Numbered from the stretch's first letter, positions 28,796 to 43,022 are shown. The stretch is 64,000 nucleotides of DNA from Eledone cirrhosa (GCA_964016885.1 OZ024743.1:98332001-98396000); one strand, 5' to 3'. Notes: generated from the sequence alone by a model not told the origin. Numbers and translations are program-made.

Positions 28796-30132
28796 GATAT
28801 CTTGCAAAGGTCATGTAACAGTACTTGCCTTAACACGAGAGCCGATTTTTTTAACTGCTGTCCCCATGCTGTGAAGTTTCTTTTACGTAACTGGAAGGAC
28901 CCAAGATAACCAGAAATTTAACCCGGACTGAGCTATCACAAGCGATTGTTCTTCAAAAGTTGTCCCCTTACAATATTCTAATTGGGTTGTTTCCATTGTC
29001 ATTCAACTACCGGCATCTGCCGCGCAGAATCCAGTCAGCTCATATATACTTCCGTTTTCGCTATAACCATACACGAGTTGAAGAACTGTTCGGGTGAAAC
29101 ACGTGGCTGATTCGTACATTTGTAGTAGTAGTGGAATGTGAAGTTGTTGAGCGAAACAACAATAAAAGAAGGCATGTGTAGTTGAAGTGTGTCTTGAGTG
29201 TAAATGCAATAATATTTAACTGACTTGTGTTGGTAAATTTTCTCAATTAGTGTCGATTCCAGCAAGGCTGGCTAACGAAACTGTGTGCTGATGTATATGT
29301 CGTTACATTGCACGTCGGACGAAACAAGCGATCTCTCGATTGCAGGGTCGGGAAGCAAACTGTCTTCTTCAGACTGACTTTCCAAAGGGAAATTGGTCAG
29401 ATTTTGTATATCCCGGGTCCTCAGGGACCCGGGATATACAAAAAATTAGAATTCACAGTAAATCCCAAATTTTACATATCGAAGTTGGCTTGGCGCAAGT
29501 AATGGGAATTGAAAAGTTGTGCATAAAGGTATTAGATTCAAAAGATCTATCTTTCTCATTTTACATCCACTTTCCACATTGGCATGTGTTGGACAGGTTG
29601 TCAGTCCGAGAGCAGACACGTCGGAAAGACCTCATCTTGCTCATACATTACATACTTGGCATGGTTTCTATGGCTGGATGCCCTTTCTAAAGTAACCAGT
29701 TTAGGGTGTTTACTGGGTACAATGTTTTTGCGATACCAGCAAAATCTTAAATAATCTGATGTCTCTAAACTTGAGAAAATTTGATGCATTTTGCTACATT
29801 AAGGACATTAAATATTTGTTGTTAAAAATATAGTTCTTGCTGTCATAGGGATAAAACTAAAAAAAAGCCCTGCAGAAGGCAAAATAAATTATTTACAGCC
29901 ATCGCTGGCGATACACCATGCTGTGGGTGTTCAGAGCAACTGCCCCCCCCCCCATAAATTTGGCCCTGGTTCTCCCTACATACACCTGGTGGCGTTAGTC
30001 CTTCCAACAGAGAAGATTATCTAAGTTATGGAGCACTGAGGTCGTAGGTCAGTATTAATATAGTTGTGTGTAGCGGACTAAAAACAATCATTAGAAAATG
30101 TATCGAGATTTCGCTACACACACACACACACA

Positions 30133-30212
<80 letters not shown>

Positions 30213-30218
<6 letters not shown>

Positions 30219-30445
30219 TATTAAGGCCAGTTACTACAACGGTGCCATACCGGGTATGTAAGTTTCGTTAGCCCTGAGGACCAACATTTTTTTCAACAAC
30301 ACAGATTGAAGTTGGTCTTTAGGGCTAACGAAACGTACGTACCTGGTATGGCACTGTTGTAGTAACTGGACTTAATCATTATATTCAAACTTTCCCTAAG
30401 GACTTGAGTTGTTCTATACCTCAGGTATTTTTACCTACCTACTAT
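30213..30445 (+). repeat. Fold-back element, family C (~70-bp imperfect arms plus tail), after (TA)n
   Basis: Arms are ~30213-30285 and 30311-30383. The right arm has a stem-II-like GTTGGTC-TTTA-GGGCTAAC followed by GAAACGTA. Confidence 0.75.
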
Positions 30446-30736
30446 ATGTATATATACTTATACACACTCACACACATATATTGCGTGTTTGTGCATGTGT
30501 GTATATATACACATACACACTCACATAGAGACACACGCACACACACATATATATATATGTATACACATATACATATATATATGTATATTATTCAAAATAT
30601 TAATAAATGAAGACGTTCACATAATCAAAATATATGTTTTATTATATATATTTCGAAGGTACTGTGCTGTTTTTTCAGTACGTCCTCATCAGGACATACT
30701 GAAAAAACAGCACAGTACCTCCGAAATATATATATA

Positions 30737-30930
30737 TATAAAACTGAGGATGTCTGTCTGTGTGTGTGTGAGTTTGAATCCCTAAAACTGGAGAAGAACC
30801 CAACCGACTATTTTCAAACTTTACACATGTAATACTTATGTTTCAGGGAGTGTTCCGAGCGAGAAAAAAAATTAAAATTTTCAATGCCCTAGGGACTGCA
30901 TTAGGCGATTTATCGATCTCTCCCTATAAT
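30737..30930 (+). mobile_element. Helitron-like 5' fragment nested in the family D arm
   Basis: TATATAAAACTGAGGATGTCTGTCTGTGTGTG start is typical of non-autonomous Helitrons. It shares a motif with the element at the window start. Confidence 0.45.
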
Positions 30931-31012
30931 TCTTAGTCTTTCTCTTTTTAGATAGATACATACATATAACGTAGCGCCCTTATAATATCTGTCTGTATGT
31001 CTGCTAGTATAT

Positions 31013-31160
31013 AATTGTTTCTACTTTAGGCACAAGGCCAGCAATTACCAGTGCATTACTGGTACTTTATTTTATCGACCCCGTAAGGATGAAAGGCAAA
31101 GTCAACCTCGGCGGGATTTGAACTCAGATGGTAAAGGGACGTAACTATGCTGGAAAGCAT
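31013..31160 (-). mobile_element. Deu/Nin-like SINE copy
   Basis: Reverse complement of the family consensus. Confidence 0.85.
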
Positions 31161-31343
31161 AAAACATATATTTTGATTATGTGAACGTCTTCATTTATTA
31201 ATATTTTGAATAATATTAATAACTCCAGAAAACTTCTCTATTGAGTGCTTTGAATCTATTGTAAAACTATATTAATTGAGTAATCAATGAATCTTATTAC
31301 CATTTGGTTATATATATGTATATGCATAAATATTCTATATATA

Positions 31344-31396
<53 letters not shown>

Positions 31397-31532
31397 AAAT
31401 GCGAACGAAACCTAAGAGTAGGGACATAATCCTGGTATGTATATAATCTTTTCTAACTTTAATTTTATACCTAATTGTGTATGGTTGACCGTATATTTAA
31501 TCGATTTCCACGTGCTGTTGAAATATTGGGTA

Positions 31533-31571
<39 letters not shown>

Positions 31572-31660
31572 GGAAAAATTTGAACAGGGACAAAACAGAG
31601 AGGCAGTACAATAAATGTTTATTAATTTCACGCTCAGGAGAGTGGGGGGTAGGTGGAGGA

Positions 31661-31691
31661 CGACGTTTCGGGCATAAGCCCTTCCTCAGGT
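31661..31691 (-). ncRNA. Penelope-type minimal hammerhead ribozyme motif
   Basis: CUGAGGA-A-GGGC-UUAU-GCCC-GAAA-CG-UC, with palindromic stem III ACGU. Stem I is only 2 bp in this copy. Confidence 0.7.
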
Positions 31692-31879
31692 GAGAAGTGT
31701 GTGGGAACAGAGTTCAAAAGGTGTGTAGGGGAGTGGTGGAGAGACATGTAGCGAAAGGAAACGGTGCGAATGAAAAAATAACAAATAAAGATAAAAAATA
31801 AAAATAAAGCATGATCAAAATACAAGGAATGAGAAAATTTAAAAATAAAGGCATGATCAAAATAAACTGAAATTAAAAG

Positions 31880-31994
31880 GGGGGTAAACAGGTGGTGGAA
31901 GGGTGTGGGGTGAGTAGGGGTGGTGGTGGGTGGAGTAGGGAGAGGGAGACGGGGTGTCCGAGCGGGGAGGGCTGAAGGTGGTGTGTGTGTGTAG

Positions 31995-32055
<61 letters not shown>

Positions 32056-33215
32056 TAAGGGTTGGGGGAAAAACGGGGTTGCATGTTCAGGAAGAGGTGT
32101 GGGGGGGGGGGGGGGTCGGAGTGTCTGTGCGTGTGTGGATAGGGGGGGGAGAGGATCAGGAGGCTGAGGGTGTAAATATGTGGTGGGAAGCACGTGTGTG
32201 TGGGGTTTAAGCGTGTTGTGGGTGTGGGTGGCGTGTGGAGAAAAAAAATGTTGGGGGTGTGTGTGCGGGTGAGTTATATAGGTGATTACGCAAGAGGATG
32301 GTTGAAAGGTTGGTAAGTTCCAAGGATGTTTAGTAGATTGGTTGTAAGTCAATTTCTGCGTGTGGGTAATCCATGAAGCGGTGGTCGGAAGAGGAGAGAT
32401 GTGGGGTGCGCGCGCAACAGGAAGTGGTCAGCAGTGGGAGTGCTGTGGTCTGTTAGTGCTGGGAGGTGGCTAGAGGGCACAGCAGCAGTCGGTGGAATGG
32501 TAGGGGGCGAGGATGGGTAGGTGTGAAAGTTGGAGTGAGGAGGGTGTGTGTGTGTGTGTGTATTAGTAGGGTGTTAGTGGGATGAGTGAGTGTGGAGCGA
32601 GGGTGTGGGTGGAGTGGGGAGAGAAGGGTGTGTGTGGTTCTATGGAGGGAGTGTGGTGTACTGGTGTGTGTGTAGTTTGATGAAGAGGTGTTAGTGGGTG
32701 TTAGTATACGGGAGGTGAGGAGGTGTTGAATGCAGGTGTGAGTGGGGGTTAGTGGTGGTAGGGTGTGTAGAGTTGGTGGTGTACGAGGGTGTGTGGGTAC
32801 GTGTGCGTGGGGTTGGGGGTTGTTAGTGATGTTAGTTGCGTGTGGGGTGGGTGGTGTAAGTGGGTGCGTGTGTTCGTGTGCTTGGGGTTAGGGGGTGTTA
32901 GTGAGGTTAGTTGCGGGGTGGTGGGATGGAGGTGTGGGGGTGAGAGGTGTGGGGGTGAGGGTTAGTGGTGGTAGTAGGGTGTGTGTTTAGTGTGAGCGCG
33001 TGTATATATGTGCCGGTGGGTGTGTGCGTGTGATAAGGAGGAGAAGAGGGAAGGGAAGGGATGTTAGTATGTGAGTTGGGGAAGGGTGGTCAGATGATGG
33101 GTGGAGTGGAGGTGTTAGTATTGTTAGTGTGGGGTGGGCGGTGAAAAGGAGGGGTGTGTTAGTGGGGGATAAGTGTGGGGGGAGGGGGGCGGCCGAACGC
33201 TAAAGGAATAAGGGT
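31880..33215. repeat. G/T-rich low-complexity tract
   Basis: Strong G+T skew with recurrent GGTGTTAGT and GGGGTTAG words. Confidence 0.8.
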
Positions 33216-33219
33216 GGGG

Positions 33220-33256
<37 letters not shown>

Positions 33257-33308
33257 ATATTTACCCAACATTTCAACAGCACATATATATATCATATACA
33301 TATATATA

Positions 33309-33341
<33 letters not shown>

Positions 33342-33437
33342 TATTTTATCTTTTTTATCTGTTCCAGCCATCCGGCTGAGGCCATGCTGGGACATATATA
33401 TATACTGTGCAAGTTATTTTCACTTTTATTGTATTAA

Positions 33438-33622
33438 TAATTGTTTCTACTTTTGGCACAAGGCCAGCAATTATTCCAGTGCATTACTGGTACTTTATTT
33501 TATCGACCCCGTAAGGACGAAAGGCAAAGTTAACCTCGGTGGAATTTGAACTCAGAATGGCAAGGGCCGTAACTCTATGCGTCAAAGCATGGCGTCCGAC
33601 TCTCTACCGATACTGCCAATCC
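33438..33622 (-). mobile_element. Deu/Nin-like SINE, near full length, ~160 bp upstream of the host ATG
   Basis: Reverse complement of the family consensus, including the A- and B-box head. Confidence 0.85.
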
Positions 33623-33778
33623 ACCACGCTGTATTAATAATATCATGATTTGACGAGTTAACAACGTCAACTCCTCGACTATATTTGCAGCAGGGACTAT
33701 TGATTCAAAACACCGTCCTACATTGAATCGATTGTAATTATCGTCGTTCAGTTCACTGTTGACTGTTCTTTGTGCAAG

Positions 33779-34049
33779 ATGGCATCGGAAAAGTGCTCTT
33801 ATGGTATAGGCCTAGGGCTTCTAATTTTGTCGTTCCTACTTTATATCATTGGATTTTCTACTTCTTATTGGATAGAGACATTTGAAGAAGTTCGTGTTGG
33901 TTTCGTGCGTTTAGGACTATGGGAGATTTGTTTCACTCAGTATGGTATGGCGTTAAATTCTGGTGACCAAGCGAGAGGAATAACTTATAAAAACTGTTAT
34001 TGGGTCTTTCATGAAAACATCAGACTTGCTTCAAACACGTTTAACTTAC
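33779..34049 (+). CDS. Claudin/PMP22-family four-TM protein, coding exon 1
   Basis: MASEKCSYGIGLGLLILSFLLYIIGFSTSYW...GLWEIC...C shows TM1 and the W-GLW-C-C claudin signature. Donor GTGAGT at 34050, phase 1. Confidence 0.9.
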
Positions 34050-35396
34050 GTGAGTATAATATTTAATACACTACTATCAGTAAGATAAACTAATTCATTG
34101 TTTGTCTATATTATCAGCGCACCTTATATACACCAAAATAGACAAGCAATTAAGTAATTTAATTTAAGAAATCGATCTGTTCAATTTTATACGAAAAAAA
34201 AAACACAACAAAAAACGATTTATTTTATTATTGAAAAGAAAAATACCTTTACAGAATTGAATATAGGATTAGTAGTATTCTTAAGTTTTATATTGTCACT
34301 TTTAAAAGTTTCAACGATTAGTATTAAAGTTATTCTAATTAACGAGGCTCCTGGGTCTTCCACAAACACGACAATTGACGTAATACTCTTAATGGAACCA
34401 GTGACACTGTATGACAGGACCTGTCATTCACATTTACAGGTATGTTCACTATACAGACTTCCGTCTTCTCAATTTTGTATTTCACTCATGAAAATTGGGT
34501 CGATCCATAGCTATGGTAGACCCTTGTCAACGGTCAGGTATAACAAAGAATGATGATCTGACACAAAATATTGAGTTAATTCGGAATCATAAATATACCT
34601 ATATATATATATATATATATATCAAATACGTAGAAGGAAGTAGGAAACAGTTTTCTATTACAATCTCCATATCTCTCGATTTTTGGATATCTACCTTTTC
34701 ATTGTTTATTTTATGACCTAAAATTACCTGAAATATCACATAGAACCTCTTTTTTAAACGAAAAAAAAAAAAAAGGAATCTTTTTTTTTGCGTAAACTTG
34801 AATAAAGCCAGGGACGGTTTGTGTATTTTATAGTCACTATTTAACTACAAGATGATTAGATTTGGGTCCAAATTATCGTTATTGTTGTTTATTATCGTAC
34901 CCATATATATTGAGACCCCTATCATAGCATCAAGAGATAGAATATTAATAGAATATTAATAGAAATACTGAATATGTTTCTCTTATTAATTGCTTTCAGG
35001 TTTATATATTTAGTATATATCCATAGTGACATTATAGGTATTGCATAATGACAATTGATTACAGGTAAACTACAAATTGAAGAGACGTTTGTACATTTGA
35101 TTTTCGTACACTCGCTCCAAGACTTTCGTCTACACGATCAAAGTTTCCAAAACTTTATAGAAATATATATTAGTGTGTAGAAGTGCTGTTATCTTAAGTT
35201 TCCAGCTATTTTCGTTATTATTTACATAAGTTTCGGCTAATGGCGTTATTAACACTTTATACATAGATAAGCCTTACTTTAGTTTATTATTGTAGAGATT
35301 GGGGATGTACAAATTCTTTTCACCAGAATGCAAAATACGAGGACTCATAGATTTGTCACATTTTCAACTCTGACTCATAATAAATAATCACGAAAT

Positions 35397-35577
35397 AATA
35401 ATTGTTTCTACGTTAGGCACAAGGCCAGCAATTATTCAGTGCATTACTGGTACTTTATTTTATCGACCCCGTAAGGATGAAAGGCAAAGTCAACCTCGGC
35501 GGGATTTGAACTCAGATCGTAAAGAGACGTAATTATGCTGGAAAGCATGGCGTCCAACCCTCTACCGATACTGCCAA
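35397..35577 (-). mobile_element. Deu/Nin-like SINE copy (intronic)
   Basis: Matches the family consensus. Other copies are at ~23957, 40556, 47733, 48030, 50262-50590, 51516, 55126 and 58261. Confidence 0.85.
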
Positions 35578-35674
35578 AATAATATAAAGATAATCTTCTA
35601 AAATGCCATTAGATGTTTTGGAATGTCATCAATGAAACATAAATGGCTCAAAAACACTAGATTAGATTTCCGTG

Positions 35675-37450
35675 ATTGTTGTTTAACCCCATGTGAGTTC
35701 TCTTTAAACAAACCGGGTGTATTTTGTTAGAGATGCCTACTGACTGTAGTAGGTTTTACTTTGTATTTAGGTAAGGCGGGTCTTCTCTATTACTGAGTAC
35801 CGCCAAAGATCTCGATCCAGTGACATTGTCTTGGAGAGGTGTAAGTGTGTGAGGTCGGAATTTATCAGGTCGTCCCAGGTTTTTCTGGGTCTGCCTACTC
35901 CGTGGCTACCGTCTATTTTTATTGCCCTGCACTTTGTTATACAGCTGTCGTCTTTCATGCGCATCACGTGACCATACCAACGTAGCCTTCTCTCGAGTAA
36001 ACAACATCTGATCCCTCTTATTTCTAATTTTGTCCTTAGTTCGTTTATGCTTTGCCGTTCACGTATATTACTATTACACATCCAACGGAACATGCAAGCT
36101 TTGTTCCTCTCTAGTCTGCGTATATCCTCTGCACACAATGCCCAGGTCTCACTGCCATGCAACATTGCTGTTCGTATGCAGGCATCATACAACCTGCCTT
36201 TCATTTTTAGGGAGAACCCTTTAGCGGCTAATAGTGGTATAAGCTCTCTGAACTTTTTCCATCCAGTTTTGACTCTAGCTACTGTACTTTCAGAGCACCC
36301 TCCCCCACTGCTGATTTTGTCACCCAGGTAACAGAAGCTGTCCACTATTTCTATAGAACCCTCTGCGCAATTGAAAGAGCTAGTATTCTGTGGGCACTTG
36401 CTGCTACTTATTGCACCAGAGCACCGGCCACATGTAAAATCTATGTTCTTAGTTAGCTTACCTGTGATCCCACTACATCTTTTATGCACCCATACTTTGC
36501 ATTTGGGACATAAAATGGAGTTTCTACCTACGCCTTTCCTACACTCTGAGCATGGCCATTTCCCGGAAGGGACCGGCGCCTTATTTTCTTTCCTACAAAC
36601 TAGAACTTTAGTCTTAGCCAGGTTAATTTTAAGGCCTTTTGATTCTAGGCCGTGCTTCCATGTTTGGAATTTTTTCTCTAGCTCGGCCATTGATTGAGCT
36701 ATGAGCGTTAGGTCATCTGCGTATAGGAGTTCCCATGGGCAGCCGGTCTTGAACTCCTCTGTTATAGCCTGAAGAGCAATAATGAATAGTAGGGGGCTAA
36801 GAACAGAGCCCTGATGAACACCAACTTTTACACTAAACTCTTCACTATATTCGTTGTTAATTCTAACCTTGCTGACTGTTTCTTTATACATAGCTTGTAT
36901 AGCTCTCACAAGCCATTCGTCAACACCTAGTTTTCTAAGAGCCCACCAGATAATGGAACGGGGGACTCTGTCGAAGGCTTTCTCCAAGTCGACAAAAGCT
37001 AAGTGTAGGGGTTTACTTTTAGCTAGGTACTTCTCCTGTAGTTGTCGTACAATGAAAAGAGCGTCTGTGGTACTTTTGCCTGACACAAACCCGAACTGCA
37101 TTTCATCTAGAACAATTCTCTCTCTGATTAGTTGCGCTATTACTTTTTCCGTGACCTTCATGACCTGGTCGATTAATTTAATGCCTCTATAGTTACTCCT
37201 ATCTAGGGCATCTCCTTTACCCTTGTAACAGTTAATGATGATGCTGCTACACCAGTCCTTCGGAACAACCCCATTCTGTATGACTTGGTTTACTATCCGG
37301 GTGACCATGGTGTGTCCCACCATTCCAGAGGCTTTCAGCATCTCAGCAACTATTTCCGAAGGCCCAGCCGCCTTACCCGTCTTCATATCTTTGATTGCCT
37401 TACTTATTATACTACCTTCGACTAACACTGCTGGTCCCTCTATTGGGTCG
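35675..37450 (-). mobile_element. Young 5'-truncated RTE-clade LINE with a PHD-like finger in the RT, antisense in intron 1
   Basis: About 560 uninterrupted codons with [42 protein letters not shown], a C4HC3 finger, YLGD, LRWYGHV and GRPRKTW. A 3' fragment of the same family is at 52053-52262. Confidence 0.93.
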
Positions 37451-39021
<1,571 letters not shown>

Positions 39022-39406
39022 TTCGTTTCTGAATTTGTTTAGCAAGATTCTTTATCTGAAAACGTGTGTTGAAACCGATATTGTTATACTTTGGGAGGGT
39101 CATGTTGCCAATAAGAAACACACGCACCAGTTGCTTTCACTTCAATTTATTATAATAAATTTATAAATCTAGGAATTTATAAATTTCCGGTTGGTTGGTT
39201 GGTTGGTTCCACAACCAGGTAGTTGTTTATATATTGTCAAAGTTCTTTCGTCACACATTCTGTGACCTCTTCAGTGACTGGGGATTCTTTTCTTTGTTTT
39301 TGTGCCTCTCCTTTGTTCTGTCCTACGCCATTTTGTTTCTGAGAACAAAATGGCGTAGGACAGAACAAAGGAGAGGCACAAAAACAAAGAAAAGAATCCC
39401 CAGTCA
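39022..39406 (-). mobile_element. Second copy of fold-back family A (63-bp inverted arm), with a hammerhead at 39236-39279
   Basis: Homologous to 4529-4903. Arms are 39275-39337 / 39344-39406. The motif reads GUCA-CUGAAGA-G-GUCACA-GAAUG-UGUGAC-GAAA-G-AA-C-UU/UGAC. Confidence 0.85.
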
Positions 39407-40931
39407 GAGAGAAAAAAAAGTGGGGGAGGGGGCTAGCACCAGTTCACCATATATATATTACGTAATGGTAGCGTACTTTTCCGGCAAACGAGAGATGTGG
39501 GTTCGACTCCCATATGTGCTGATACCCATCTTTTTCCGTTCTGTGGGTTTATACGCCCCATTATTAGACTACATTATGTAGTCAATGTTACGGCGACGGT
39601 TCTATTTCAGTTTCAAAACTTCGCTCGCCATGTTCCAAACATATTTCCATATATATATATAGAGAGAGAGAGAGGGAACACTAGAAGGTAATATCCGTAA
39701 TGGTAGAGCACTCAGTCCATGGGACATGTTTGGTAGAAGTGCTAACTGTTGTGCTACTACTTATATATGTAATAATTTTGTGATTTAGTGTTAAAGAATA
39801 AAAACTAATGATAAAATTAAAATATATTTTTGAAAATGAGGCCCATTTTAAGTCCAACACTGCACATAACTTTCGAAAGTTATGATAAACAGTATATAAT
39901 AGAATGGAAGATTTATTAAGAATATCATTTACAAAACTGAATCAGAAAGATGGAAAATACACACTCTCCGAATTATTTGTAACATCAGGGAATGTTGTTC
40001 CCTTAAAATATTTGAGGAGGCAACCACAAATTTATAATTACATTTATATTATCTGTTAACTAAATCTATTTATAGTTTCATTGTTAAAAATAGATTTCTA
40101 TTATTGTCAGATGATTATTATTTTTTATTTATTTTTCGAATTCCAAATGGATTTAATTTGTCAAATAGTTATTTAAATAAGCGAAACAAGTGATGCTCCA
40201 CCTCGGGCAAATAATCTCAGTACAAAAGCTTCATAAAGTTAAATTATTCCACTCGGTGAACTTTTTGTGCAGCTGCATCTTCAGTTGGCAAATTTAGACG
40301 AGATCGTCTGGCATACAAGACGTCAGCGACGTTTCGAACAAAGCCTTTCTTCTTCTTAGAGAGAGGGGGGAGGGAGATCCTGGATTCGACGATCTGTGCT
40401 TATTCAAAGTTAATATTAGACAGTATGATCCATTTTAATGTTTGTGCATGTGCAAATGTATGTCCATGTGCCAAGAAATTTCAACACAGCTACAGTTTTT
40501 CTGCCTTTTAATGAAAACTTTAAACCATAGACCCTGAACGTAAACCAGAATCTATAATTGTTTCTATATTTGGCACAAGGCCAGCAATTATATCAGTGTA
40601 TTACTCGTACTTTATTTTATCGACCCCGTAAGGATGAAAGGCAAAGTTAACCTCGGCGGGATTTGAACTCAGACCATAAAGGGCCATAACTCTACGCTGG
40701 AAAACATGTTGTCCGACCCTCTACTGATACTGCCAATAATACTTATAAAAAAGAAGTTTGTACGTTGACTGCTAATAACACTAAATAAAATGGGCAATAA
40801 TTAAGGTTTTTTCGTGTGTTTTCAACTAATCTGATCTCCAACATGCTAGGCATAGACTTTTTCTCAGAATACAGAAGAGGGACGAGGAGAATTTATTGCA
40901 CTTTCTAGTACACAGGTACTCTTGTCTATAA

Positions 40932-42449
40932 TCTATCTATATACTAATATATAATAATAGCCTTGTGTGTCCGTCACGCACTAGAGATGACTGAGAAAGG
41001 AAGGGGTGTCAGCGAATTGGCTACACACATTGGCTGTTATGATTATGTGAGTGTTTGTGTAAAATATATTTATATATATTTGTGTGAGTGTTTATTTAGA
41101 AAGATACATAGATAATAGAATTACAAACATACACGCAACTACACATACATATATATATAAACAATAATTATTACATACAAAGGAGGAGGGGATGAGAAAC
41201 TATAGAAGTCCAGTGTTCTAAGATACACACACTTGTGTGTATGGCTACACACATTGACTGTGTGTTTGTATGTTTGTATCACTTGTGTGAGTGAACATGA
41301 AGGAACCAGCCAACAAACAAACATCTCTTTTTTTTTATATTATGTATAGATATTACAATTAACCATCATTTTTGACAGCATGGAGCCAGCTAATACTATA
41401 ATAACAGCCATGTCCATTCGTCACGACATATATATAGAGAGTGGGGGAACTATTCCACCTCTCTCTAACTAAAACGTATGTGTGAACAAACGAAAAGAAT
41501 ACGGTGTTGATTGTGTCTGTGTTTCTGCATGTCCAACCATGCAACTAAAATCGGAGGCAGACTCTCGGTGTTACAGATAAACACCTCTCACTCAGCATTT
41601 AAATTTATAGCAAACCACTTGCTGGGGATAGGGAAGAAAAATTTTTTTACCTAAAATTTTTCATGTGTTTTCAACTAATCTGACCTCCGACAAAACGGAA
41701 TGAGGCGGGGGGAGCAAGGAGGGAACCTATAAAGTATGTCTGCAAATACGTCAACAATAGTTCCGATGCTGCCATGTTTGCGCTGCAAAAATGAAATATG
41801 TCCAAAGGTGTCCAACTTCCAACAGGGCCGATATATCAGCAGTAGGGACGGGGCAATGGGTTGACCCTCGGATTTTCCTAGCCTCAGAGATTTTTTTCGG
41901 TGGGAATGTTTTTGTTTGTTTTTGACCAATCGGACATCCGACTCACTCGCCAACAACTCCTTTTTCTGAAAACAGGATGTGGTCAGGGAGACATCATATT
42001 TATACCTAGAATATCACTAATACCAAAGGATGTCCCCTTTCATTTCAAACGATTGCAATTCCCAGTGAGAGTCAGTTATGCAATGACCATTATCAAGTCC
42101 CAAGGTCAAACACTGCAGGTTGTCAGTCTCCATCTAGAAGAGGGCTGTTTCTCACATGGTCCATTGTATATAGGTTGTTCCAGAATAGGAAGCCCCCAGA
42201 AACTCTTCATATATGATCCAAATAAAAATGTTAAAAACATTCTATATACTGAAGTTCTGTAAATGTTTTATAATTTTCATAGAATACATTTTTCTGATAT
42301 TTTCTTTATTACTTCCTGTATAAAATTATGTCATGCAATATCTAAATACCTTTAACATCTTTTATTTTAAGGAAAATGGCATTACACTAGGTGTCATATA
42401 GATAGATTTGAGCACAGTACAGACTGGGGCAAGTCTGGGAGGTCGCTAG
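40932..42449 (+). mobile_element. Helitron remnant with a PIF1-type helicase C-terminal fragment (~41965-42262)
   Basis: IFIPRISLIP...FKRLQFPVRVSYAMTIIKSQGQTL...FSHGPLYIGCSR. The 3' end has a weak hairpin and CTAG (42446-42449). The 5' A/TC boundary is tentative. Confidence 0.7.
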
Positions 42450-42450
42450 G

Positions 42451-42640
42451 CATCATCATCATCACCGTTTTACGTCCGTTCTTCCACGCTAGCATGGGTT
42501 AGATGGGTTGTCCTGTTGTGGGCAGTGTCTGGTTGGCTGACCTTGTCTTGCTTATACGGGAACTGATTCTGGCTTGAATTCTACAGCTGGATGCCCTTCC
42601 TAACACCAACCTCATTTACAGTGAGTGCTGGGTACTTTTC
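42451..42640 (-). mobile_element. SINE 3' portion with an (ATG)n tail and AGGAAGGGCATCCAGC domain
   Basis: Related copies are at ~51730-51880, 58940-59110 and 62702-62900. Confidence 0.6.
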
Positions 42641-42947
42641 TTCACTTTTCTGGCACCTCCACGACTACTTTGTATATGTGTGTGTGTATAATTTATCATT
42701 CGAGTTTTTAAATATATAAAGTTTGTACAGTAAGAAAGTACCAGTAATACACTGGGTAATTGCTGGCTTTGTGCCAAATGTAGAAACAATTATTATTTTG
42801 TTAGAGAATATATATATATATCTATATATATATATATATATAGTTAATTATATGGGTGTAAAACAGTAGTATATATATATATACACTCATTTAGTGAGTC
42901 TTGTACTCTGGAGTTTTACCTGTTTATCACAGGGTCATCAGACATTG

Positions 42948-43008
<61 letters not shown>

Positions 43009-43022
43009 CAAATTTAATATAG

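Larger units (their letters stand above)
30586..31310 (+). repeat. Fold-back hammerhead element, family D, with its right arm split by nested insertions
   Basis: Inner arms 30644-30686 / 30691-30733 and outer arms 30586-30642 / 31159-31215. A CUGAUGA...GAAA core is on - (30692-30651). The tail has TTGAGTGC at 31241. Confidence 0.8.

Noticed and set aside
32740-32970. Interstitial telomere
   Set aside because: Only scattered TTAGG/TTAGT words occur, with no tandem (TTAGGG)n array.
39440-39520. tRNA-like sequence with A box (TAATGGTAG) and B box (GGTTCGACTCC)
   Set aside because: The acceptor stem is disrupted by a TA tract and the anticodon stem is imperfect. It is a SINE head or pseudo-tRNA.
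40809-41693. ~35-bp direct repeats about 850 bp apart (TGTGTTTTCAACTAATCTGA)
   Set aside because: They are too short for LTRs, and there is no TSD, PBS or PPT. They are probably pieces of a Helitron-associated repeat.
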